DNA of 64,000 nt, taken from contig SYLI01000018.1 in NCBI GenBank assembly GCA_005809105.1, positions 195 through 64,194 on the forward strand, read 5' to 3'. A program made the translations under genes and the position numbers. Positions within the stretch are counted from its first letter, which is position 1, and each line of letters begins with the position of its first letter. Positions 19,280 through 27,171 of this stretch are shown here, piece by piece. The notes under the pieces were generated by a model. It did no database searches. It was not told where the DNA came from and saw nothing but the letters and a program-made list of their open reading frames with translations. Origin of the DNA: Verrucomicrobiales bacterium (GTDB lineage Bacteria; Verrucomicrobiota; Verrucomicrobiia; Limisphaerales; UBA1100).

Positions 19280-20731
19280 ATGAGCTGCCACGCCTCAACC
19301 CACGCGCACGCCTGCGGCCCCGCGACGCCAGAAACCGTGGACGCCTCGTGCCGTGGCGCCGTGCTGCTGCTGTTGGGCAGCGCGCTCGGCTGGCTGGTGC
19401 TCTCCACGCTGGCGCAGGTGCTGGCCTCGCTCAATTTCCATTCTCCTTCGCTGCTGGCGGGTTGCTCATTTCTGAGCTACGGACACCTCCAGTCGCTGGC
19501 GGGCACGGCGTTCATCTTCGGATTTGGCGGTAACGCGGCCTTCGGAATTTCCCTGTGGCTCTTGGCGCGCCTGCGCCAGACGGGATTGAGGCTTCCCGTC
19601 TCGGCGATTCTGGGAGGCATGGTCTGGAATGTGGGAGTCACTGCGGGCGCGCTGGGCATTCTGCAGGGTGATGCCAGCGGCTACGAAGGCATCGAACTGC
19701 CGCTCTACGCGCTGCGCCTGGTGATTGCCGGAGGCGCGATGATCGCGCTTTGCGCCGTGCTCACCTACCTGGCTCGATCACAGGAGGAATTGTACCCCAG
19801 TCTTTGGTATGTGCTGGCGGGGTTGGTGGTGTTGCCTGCGGCATTGGCGACGGTCTATCTGGCGCTTGGGGATGACCCGGTGCGCGGCGTGGCGCAAGCC
19901 AGCACAAGCTGGTGGGCGGCGTCGGCGCTGCGGGTGCTCTGGCTGGGTTCGATGGCTCTGGCGGCGGTGTTTTATTTCGTGCCCAAGCTGGTGGGAACAC
20001 CGCTCTACAGCAGGCAGCTGGCTGGATTTGGATTCTGGGGACTGCTCTTGCTGGGCGGCTGGGTCGGCGTTCCCGCCGAGGCGCCCGTGCCGGCATGGAT
20101 GACCCGGATGGGTGCCTTTGCATGTGTCCTCATGATCTTCCCGCTGTTCGCGGTGGTGTGGAACGTCCACCGCACCATTGGCGCCAATGCCGTGATGATG
20201 TCGCAGGATCTGACCCTTTCCTATCTTGGATTTGCACTGCTGTGCTTTCTGCTCTCAGGCTTGGCCGGCGTGTTGCAGCCCGTGCACGCGCACACCACGC
20301 AGTTCACGCTTTTCCCCGTGGCGGTGAAGCACCTTTGGAGCTTCGGTTTTGTCGTTATGACCGTACTGGGGGCCTGTGTTTACATGACGCCCCGGCTCGT
20401 CGGCCGCGACTGGGCAGGTGCCGGATGTCTTCGTTCCAATTTCAAGGTGGCCACGGCGGGGGTGCTGCTGCTGGTGATTCCGCAGCTCTTGGGCGGCTGG
20501 ATGCAGGGGCAGGGTTTGAATGACGCGGCGCAGGCGTACTCCAACCTACCGGCCAAGGCGCTCATGGCGCTGCGCGCGGCGTTCTTGGGCGAACTGCTCT
20601 TGCTGGTGGCCGCACTCATGGCTTTGAGCAATTTTCTCCGGCTGTTGGGCCCCGCGTGTTGCGGAGGCTGCTGCCCGCTGGAGTTTTTCCGCATGATCCG
20701 GCAATCCAAGAACACGCGGGGTGCTGCATGA
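19280..20731 (+). CDS. cbb3-type cytochrome oxidase subunit I (CcoN) homologue with a degenerate metal-ligand set
   Basis: 12-TM-type protein with clear CcoN-like blocks (FIFGFGGNA, FYFVPK..PLYS, VPAW). By my by-eye alignment it lacks the CuB and haem b3 histidines (see findings). Confidence 0.75.
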   Translation: MSCHASTHAHACGPATPETVDASCRGAVLLLLGSALGWLVLSTLAQVLASLNFHSPSLLAGCSFLSYGHLQSLAGTAFIFGFGGNAAFGISLWLLARLRQTGLRLPVSAILGGMVWNVGVTAGALGILQGDASGYEGIELPLYALRLVIAGGAMIALCAVLTYLARSQEELYPSLWYVLAGLVVLPAALATVYLALGDDPVRGVAQASTSWWAASALRVLWLGSMALAAVFYFVPKLVGTPLYSRQLAGFGFWGLLLLGGWVGVPAEAPVPAWMTRMGAFACVLMIFPLFAVVWNVHRTIGANAVMMSQDLTLSYLGFALLCFLLSGLAGVLQPVHAHTTQFTLFPVAVKHLWSFGFVVMTVLGACVYMTPRLVGRDWAGAGCLRSNFKVATAGVLLLVIPQLLGGWMQGQGLNDAAQAYSNLPAKALMALRAAFLGELLLLVAALMALSNFLRLLGPACCGGCCPLEFFRMIRQSKNTRGAA

Positions 20732-21879
20732 ACCGCGTGCCCCTGCTCATCGCCTGCATCTTGCTCGCGCTGGCGCCGGCGTGGTTCTCGCTCGTGCGGA
20801 TCGCCGCCCGGCAACAGTCCAGTCTGGCGCCGCATACCCGCGGCGAGTCGATCTATCCGCAGGACCGCGTTGGCCAGGCCAAGATGGGCCGCGAGGCTTA
20901 CCGCGCCAATGGCTGTTACCATTGCCACAGTCAGCAGGTGCAGCAGGGTGCCGTCGTCTACAATCTGTTCCTGACGGGTTCGGGCGCCAATCGCGAGGGG
21001 TTGCTTTCCGCAATGGGTCGCCGCGTGGAGGCCGCCAATGCCACCGGCAATCAGGTGCAAACCAAATCGTGGTCGGCCGCGAGGGATGCAGGCGCGTTGC
21101 ACACGGCGCTCTTTCTTAACACCGATGATTTCAAGACGCTGGACGAAGCCAGACTGGCGCAACGGCCGGAGGCCGGGGTTGCTCTGAAGCTCGAAGCGTC
21201 GGCGCGATTGGAGGCGCTCAGTTTGGCGGCGCTGGCCGACAAGAACGAGATTGCGCGTGCGCGCCGACTGCTCAAGCTGCCGCAAGAGGAGAATTCGACC
21301 GCGCCCGTCAAAGCCGACAAGCCGGGCTTATTCCTTGCTGGACCGGTGGGCTGGACTGAGGCCCGGGCGGCCGTTGCGGCGTTAAAAAACGCTGGGGGCG
21401 TTGTGCTCATGCAGCCCGAACTCGCGCCCGTGGCCCAAGGCCAGCCGGTGGGCGACACGGTGGCGCATGGCGGCTCCACCGCGTGGGGTCAGCGCCGCAG
21501 CGTTGGCCGCGACTATCTGTTTGAAACTCCCCTCATGCTTGGCTCGCAGCGCATCGGGCCCGATCTGGCGCATCTGGGCGGCCGGTGGAAGGGCGACGCA
21601 TGGCATTACCAGCATCTCTATAATCCCCGCGCCCAGGGAGTGGGCCATCCAAAGTCAGTGATGCCCCCCTACCGATTCCTGTTCACCCGCAGGGCGGGAG
21701 CCAAAATGTCAGAGGCGGAGATGGCGCAGGGCGGCTTTGTGTCGGGCAACGAAGTGGTGCTTCCAAAGCCGGAGGCGCGCGCCTTGGTGGCCTATCTTCG
21801 CAGTCTGGAGCAGCCTGATCTGTTGCCGGAGGCGCCTGCGCCCAAGTCTCGCGCGGCAGTCCTTCGCCCCAATCCATGA
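20728..21879 (+). CDS. cbb3 oxidase subunit II (CcoO)-like monohaem cytochrome c with a large insertion
   Basis: N-terminal TM helix, CYHCHSQ haem motif, and CcoO-like blocks GSQRIGPDLAHLGGRW, WHYQHLYNPR, SVMPPYRFLF. ATGA overlap with the upstream gene. Confidence 0.75.
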   Translation: MNRVPLLIACILLALAPAWFSLVRIAARQQSSLAPHTRGESIYPQDRVGQAKMGREAYRANGCYHCHSQQVQQGAVVYNLFLTGSGANREGLLSAMGRRVEAANATGNQVQTKSWSAARDAGALHTALFLNTDDFKTLDEARLAQRPEAGVALKLEASARLEALSLAALADKNEIARARRLLKLPQEENSTAPVKADKPGLFLAGPVGWTEARAAVAALKNAGGVVLMQPELAPVAQGQPVGDTVAHGGSTAWGQRRSVGRDYLFETPLMLGSQRIGPDLAHLGGRWKGDAWHYQHLYNPRAQGVGHPKSVMPPYRFLFTRRAGAKMSEAEMAQGGFVSGNEVVLPKPEARALVAYLRSLEQPDLLPEAPAPKSRAAVLRPNP

Positions 21880-22505
21880 GCGCACCTCAAGTCCACAAGC
21901 CCCAGCCGGATTCACCGGAGCCCACGGCAGCCGTGGCGCCGATGTCCGTGGCGGTGTTCGTTGCGCTGGCGGTGGTGCTCCATGCGGGCATGACCAGGGT
22001 GGACCGCGCGGCGGGCGCCTTCTCGCCACTGGTGTACGCGCCCTATTCGTCCGAAGAGGAATGGCAGGCGATGGCGGCACGGTCGCCCCTGGAGCTTCAG
22101 CAGGAACGTGGCGCGGCGATTTTCAAGGGCAAGGGCGGCTGCATGGGCTGCCATCAGGCGGGTGGCGAAGGTTCCACGGGTCAGAACACGCCGCCGCTGG
22201 CGGGGTCGGAATGGGTGCTCGCCGACAAGCCCGACCGCATCGTACGCATCGTGCTGCACGGGCTGAGCGGCCCGGTGAGCGTGAAGGATCGCGTGTGGAC
22301 GGGAGGCACGATGCCGCCGGTGGGAGCCAATCTGTCCGAGGAGGAGATTGCCGATGTGCTCACGTACATTCGCAGCGCCTGGGGCAACGCGGCCCGGCCT
22401 GTGGACGTGAAATCCGTAAAACTGATTCGCGACGCCGTGGGCTCCCGCGCCAAACCCTGGACGGCGCCGGAACTGGAAGCCGTGCCCGTCAGCGCGGGCA
22501 AGTGA
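21876..22505 (+). CDS. Membrane-anchored monohaem c-type cytochrome
   Basis: TM helix (VAVFVALAVVL), CMGCH haem motif, MPP distal Met region, and C-terminal LTYIRSAWGN typical of class I cytochromes c. ATGA overlap with the upstream gene. Confidence 0.75.
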   Translation: MSAPQVHKPQPDSPEPTAAVAPMSVAVFVALAVVLHAGMTRVDRAAGAFSPLVYAPYSSEEEWQAMAARSPLELQQERGAAIFKGKGGCMGCHQAGGEGSTGQNTPPLAGSEWVLADKPDRIVRIVLHGLSGPVSVKDRVWTGGTMPPVGANLSEEEIADVLTYIRSAWGNAARPVDVKSVKLIRDAVGSRAKPWTAPELEAVPVSAGK

Positions 22506-22562
22506 TCCCCGACTGCGCCGGGCTTGCCACCCACGCAAGCTCTGCCATTCTTGCCTTCATCC

Positions 22563-23918
22563 ATGAAGGCTGCATCGCTCCTTTCTCTCCTGCTCCTTTG
22601 GCTGCCGCTTGACGCCGCCCCATTCCGCGTCGCGCCCTTCAGCGCCGACGTCACCGTGCCCATGGGGCATGGCATGATGGGCGGCCTGTGGAAATCCAAA
22701 TCCGTGGCCGACCCCTTGCTGGCGCGCGGCATCGTTCTCCTGGGCGGCGACAAGCCGGTGGTGTTTGTTTCGGTGGACTGGTGCGAAATCCGCAACGCGG
22801 CGTTTGACCGCTGGCGTCTGGTGCTGGCCGAGGCTGCGGGCACCGATCCCCTGCGCGTGATGGTCAGCTGCATCCATCAGCACGACGCGCCCGTGGCTGA
22901 TCTTGAGGCGCAGCGCATGCTTGAGGAGCGCAAGCTGGCCGGCAGCATCTGCGACCTTGAATTCCATGAGAAGGCCGTGCGCGCCGTGGCAGCGGCGGTG
23001 CGAGAGGCCATGAAAACGCCGCGCCTCGTCACGCATGTGGGGCTGGGCCAGGCGAAGGTCGACCGCGTGGCCTCCAACCGCCGATACGTGCTGCCCGACG
23101 GCAAATTTTCATTCGGACGCGGCAGCGCCAGTGGCAAGAACGTGCTCGCGGCCGGGGCGCCCGAAGGCACGGTCGATCCGTGGCTCAAGACGCTCAGCTT
23201 CTGGGACGGCACCAACGCCATCGCCGCGCTGAGCGGCTACGCAACCCATCCCATGAGCTACTACCGCACGGGCGATGTTTCGGCAGACTTCCCCGGCGAT
23301 GCCCGCGCGCGGCGCCAGAAGGAAACGCCCGGCTGCCTGCAGGTATATTTTTCAGGCGCCAGCGGCAACGTCACTGCAGGTAAATACAATGACGGCGCCC
23401 GGACCAACCGCGCCGTGCTAGCGGGCCGCCTGCACGACGCCATGACGCGCGCATGGAAGGAGACACAGCGGCAACCCCTCCAGCGCGTTGACTTCCGCAG
23501 CACCACGGTGCGGCTGGAACCGCGGAACCATGCCGGATTTACCGTGGAGGATCTCAGGGGCAAACTCAAACCCGGCATCGACCCATTTCAACAATGTCTC
23601 GCGGCCATGGGGCTGAGCTGGCGTGCGCGCGCCGATGCCGGCCACAAGATTGACGTGCCGGTGCTGGATTTTGGGCCGGCCCAATTGCTGTTGCTGCCCG
23701 GAGAGAGCTATGTGGAATACCAGCTCGCCGCCCAGCAGATGCGCCCCGACTCGTTCGTGCTGGTCGCCGGTTACGGCGAATGCGCGACCGGCTACGTGCC
23801 CACCGAGAAGCACTGGGAGGAGGGCGACGGCAATCTGGGCGACTGGTGCTGGGTGCATCCCGGCGCGGAAAAACCGCTCTTGGATGCCATCCGCAGAGTG
23901 CTGGTGCCGGTGAAATGA
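22563..23918 (+). CDS. Secreted hypothetical protein, distant ceramidase-like fold (tentative)
   Basis: Signal peptide (MKAASLLSLLLLWLPLDAAP). SCIHQHDAP motif in a position analogous to NASHCHG of CDS 945..2477. Starts 57 nt after the respiratory operon, on the same strand. Confidence 0.45.
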   Translation: MKAASLLSLLLLWLPLDAAPFRVAPFSADVTVPMGHGMMGGLWKSKSVADPLLARGIVLLGGDKPVVFVSVDWCEIRNAAFDRWRLVLAEAAGTDPLRVMVSCIHQHDAPVADLEAQRMLEERKLAGSICDLEFHEKAVRAVAAAVREAMKTPRLVTHVGLGQAKVDRVASNRRYVLPDGKFSFGRGSASGKNVLAAGAPEGTVDPWLKTLSFWDGTNAIAALSGYATHPMSYYRTGDVSADFPGDARARRQKETPGCLQVYFSGASGNVTAGKYNDGARTNRAVLAGRLHDAMTRAWKETQRQPLQRVDFRSTTVRLEPRNHAGFTVEDLRGKLKPGIDPFQQCLAAMGLSWRARADAGHKIDVPVLDFGPAQLLLLPGESYVEYQLAAQQMRPDSFVLVAGYGECATGYVPTEKHWEEGDGNLGDWCWVHPGAEKPLLDAIRRVLVPVK

Positions 23919-23934
23919 CGCGCGGCGGCCCCTA

Positions 23935-26900
23935 CTAGTCTTGCGTGCGAAACGCCCACGCGCACAGCGAGGGCAGCACCAGAAGCGTCAGCACCGTGGA
24001 GGTGAGGATGCCCCCCATGACGACGGTGGCCAGCGGGCGTTGCACCTCCGCCCCCGTGCCCGAGGCAAACGCCATCGGCAGGAAGCCCAGCGCCGCCACC
24101 AGTGCCGTCATCAGCACGGCGCGCAACCGCAGCAGCGAGCCCGTGCGCACCGCGGAGAGTAGATCGCCTCCCCCCGCGCGCTGTTGCTGGATGAAGGTCA
24201 CCAGCACGAGTCCGTTTAACACCGCCACACCCGATACGGCGATGAACCCGACCCCGGCCGAGATGGAGAAGGGCATCCCGCGCATTGCAAGGGCGGCCAC
24301 GCCGCCCGTCAGCGCCAGCGGCACGCGCGTGAACCCCAGCAGTGCGGGTTTCGCCGCACCCAGCGCTGCGTGCAACAGCAGGAAAATCATCACGAAACAG
24401 ACCGGCACCACGAAGGCCAGCCGGTTGCGCGCACTCAAGTAATGCTCGTACTGGCCGCCCCATTGCGTCCACAGACCCGGCGGCAGCGCCGCCCCGCGCA
24501 CCACGGCCGCCTGCGCCTCGCGGACGAATCCGCCCAGGTCGCGCCCGCGCACGTTGGCCACCACCGTGATCCGCCGCTGGCCGTTGTGGCGGCTCACCTG
24601 GAAGGGGCCTTCGCCCTCGTCCAGATCGGCCAGCAGGCGCAGGGGAAGCACGTGCGGCAGGCCGGTGTGGTGCGGGTTGTTGGCCAGCGTCACTGCGTTG
24701 GGCCCTTCGTGAGGCTTTGCGGGCAGGGGCACGGGCAGATCGTCCAACTGCCGGCGGTCGGTGCGCACGGCTTCGGCCAGGCGCACCACCACGTCGAAAC
24801 GCTTGTCGCCCTCGAAGATCTGCCCTGCGGCATGACCACCCACCGCGCTGGTCACGGTGTCCACGATGTCGGCACCGGTCAATCCATGGCGGGCAAGCGC
24901 GCCCACCTTGGGGCGCACCGTCAGCATGGGCATTCCGGTCGTCTGCTCAAGGCGCACATCGGCGGCGCCGGCCACCGCCTGCAGCGTTTGGGCCACGCGC
25001 GATGCGGCTGCCCTCAGCTCGTCCATGTCGCTGCCGTACACATGCACCGCCACGTCGGCGCGGGTGCCGGCGATCAGTTCGTTAAACCGCATCTGAATGG
25101 GCTGGGTAAACTCGTAATCGTTGCCCGGCACGGCCTCCACCACCTCGCGCAGGCGCTGCTCCAGTTGGCCGCGAGAGAGCCTTGGATCGGGCCACGCCGC
25201 GCGATCCTTGAAGGTGATGAACGTGTCCGACACATGGGGCGGCATGGGGTCGGTGCCCAGATCAGTCGTGCCCGTTTTGGAGAACACCACCGCCACCTCC
25301 GGCAACGTGCTGATGGCCCGTTCCAGCTGCAGTTGCATCTCCGTGGCCTGATCCAAGCCCGTGCCGGGAATGCGCACGGCGTGCATGGCGATGTCGCCTT
25401 CGTCCAGCACGGGGATGAACTCATGGCCGAGCCGTGTGAAGAGCACGAGCGCGCCCGCACAGAGGAGCGTCGCGCCAGCCACCACCATGCGTGAGTGGCG
25501 CAGCGATCCGTCCAGCCACGGTGCGTAGAGCCGGCGCGCGCCGCTCATGAGCGGGTTCTCCGCCTCGGAAACCGGGCCGCGCACGCACAGCGCCACCATC
25601 GCCGGCACAAACGTCAGCGACAGGACAAACGCCCCCGCCAAAGCGAAGATCACCGTCAGCGCCATGGGGTGGAACATTTTCCCCTCCACACCGGCCAACG
25701 CCAGGATGGGAATGTACACGATGATGATGATGGCCTCGCCGAACACCGTGGCGCGTCGCACCTCGTGACTGGCGTGGCGCACGGTTTCCAGCCGCTCCTC
25801 GCGCAGCAGCGGCCGGCCCAGTTCCCGCTGGCGTTCCGCCAGCCGGCGCAGGCAGTTCTCCACGAGGATCACCGACCCGTCCACGATGAGGCCGAAGTCG
25901 ACCGCGCCCAGGCTCATCAGATTGCCGCTGATGCCCGCCGCCACCATGCCCGTGGCCGCCAGCAGCATGGAGAGCGGGATGGCCAGGGCCGTGATGCACG
26001 CCGCGCGCACGTGCCCCAGCAGCGCCAGAAGCACCACCACCACCAGCACCGCGCCGTAAAAGAGGTTGTGCTGCACGGTCGCGATCGTGGCGTTGACCAG
26101 TTTGGAGCGGTTCAGAAGCGGCGTGATGGCGATGTCCGGCGGCAGGCTGCGCTGCACTGCAGGCAGCTGCTCTGCCACGGCGCGCGCCACGGCGCGGCTG
26201 TTGCCACCCGTGCGCATCAGCACCGTGCCCACCACCGTCTCGCGTCCCTCGTGCGATGCGCTGCCCTGCCGCGCCGCGCCGGCGACCACCACGTCGGCCA
26301 CGTCTCCCACGAGCACCGGGGTGCCCCGCTTCTGCGAGATGGGCACGCGCGTGAGCGCCTCGCGCCTCTGCACGCGCGCATCCACGCGCACCAGCAGGGT
26401 TTCGCCACGGCGCTCCATGCGGCCGGCGCCGGCCACCCGGTTGTTTCGTTCCAGCGCGGTGATGAGGTCGCGCAGGGACAGGCCGTGCGCCAGCAGGTCC
26501 TGCAGGCGCGGCTGCACCTCGTACTGTTTAATAAATCCGCCCACGGCCTCGATGTCGGCGATGTCCCTCACGGTGCCCAGAAACTGCGGGCGCACCAGCC
26601 AGTCCTGCAGCGTGCGCAGATAGGTGAGCCGTTGGACTTCGTTGGTGAGCTGCTCGCCCTCGGGCGTCAGGTAATCGCCATTGGCCTGCAGCCCCGGGGT
26701 GCCCGTGGCGTTGCCCTGACTTGTGCCCATGTGCAATGACCACATATACACCTCGCCCAGGCCCGTGGAGAGGGGGCCCATCCGTGGATCGGCACCCTCC
26801 GGCAGCGTGGATCGGACATTCCCCAGCCTTTCATTGATCTGTTGGCGCGCGAAGTAGATGTCCATCGCGTCGTCAAATATCGCCGTCACCTGGCTGTAGC

Positions 26901-27165
26901 CATCGCGTGAGAGCGACCGTGTGGAGCGCAGGCCGGTGATGCCCGCCAGCGCGGTTTCGATGGGGAAGGTGACCTGCCGCTCGATTTCCTCCGGTGAAAG
27001 TCCCGGGTGCAGGGTATTGATCTGAACCTGCTTATTGGTGATGTCGGGCACGGCGTCGATGGGCAGCCGGGCGAGTGACAGTGCTCCGATCGCCGCGGCC
27101 ACCCCCGTGAGCGCCACCACCGAATGGCGCTGCTCGATGGCGAACTTAAGGATGCGTTCAATCAT
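23935..27165 (-). CDS. CusA/CzcA-family heavy-metal efflux RND transporter
   Basis: 1076 aa. Typical HME-RND N-terminus (MIERILKFAIEQRH...), 12-TM/2-loop architecture, and gene order with an adaptor and an outer-membrane factor. Confidence 0.9.
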   Translation of the reverse strand: MIERILKFAIEQRHSVVALTGVAAAIGALSLARLPIDAVPDITNKQVQINTLHPGLSPEEIERQVTFPIETALAGITGLRSTRSLSRDGYSQVTAIFDDAMDIYFARQQINERLGNVRSTLPEGADPRMGPLSTGLGEVYMWSLHMGTSQGNATGTPGLQANGDYLTPEGEQLTNEVQRLTYLRTLQDWLVRPQFLGTVRDIADIEAVGGFIKQYEVQPRLQDLLAHGLSLRDLITALERNNRVAGAGRMERRGETLLVRVDARVQRREALTRVPISQKRGTPVLVGDVADVVVAGAARQGSASHEGRETVVGTVLMRTGGNSRAVARAVAEQLPAVQRSLPPDIAITPLLNRSKLVNATIATVQHNLFYGAVLVVVVLLALLGHVRAACITALAIPLSMLLAATGMVAAGISGNLMSLGAVDFGLIVDGSVILVENCLRRLAERQRELGRPLLREERLETVRHASHEVRRATVFGEAIIIIVYIPILALAGVEGKMFHPMALTVIFALAGAFVLSLTFVPAMVALCVRGPVSEAENPLMSGARRLYAPWLDGSLRHSRMVVAGATLLCAGALVLFTRLGHEFIPVLDEGDIAMHAVRIPGTGLDQATEMQLQLERAISTLPEVAVVFSKTGTTDLGTDPMPPHVSDTFITFKDRAAWPDPRLSRGQLEQRLREVVEAVPGNDYEFTQPIQMRFNELIAGTRADVAVHVYGSDMDELRAAASRVAQTLQAVAGAADVRLEQTTGMPMLTVRPKVGALARHGLTGADIVDTVTSAVGGHAAGQIFEGDKRFDVVVRLAEAVRTDRRQLDDLPVPLPAKPHEGPNAVTLANNPHHTGLPHVLPLRLLADLDEGEGPFQVSRHNGQRRITVVANVRGRDLGGFVREAQAAVVRGAALPPGLWTQWGGQYEHYLSARNRLAFVVPVCFVMIFLLLHAALGAAKPALLGFTRVPLALTGGVAALAMRGMPFSISAGVGFIAVSGVAVLNGLVLVTFIQQQRAGGGDLLSAVRTGSLLRLRAVLMTALVAALGFLPMAFASGTGAEVQRPLATVVMGGILTSTVLTLLVLPSLCAWAFRTQD

Positions 27166-27171
27166 GTGCGC

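Noticed and set aside
19280-20731. Annotating this ORF simply as a functional cbb3-type cytochrome c oxidase subunit I.
   Set aside because: By my alignment the CuB and haem b3 ligands are absent, so I call it only a CcoN homologue (see finding). This still needs profile-based confirmation.
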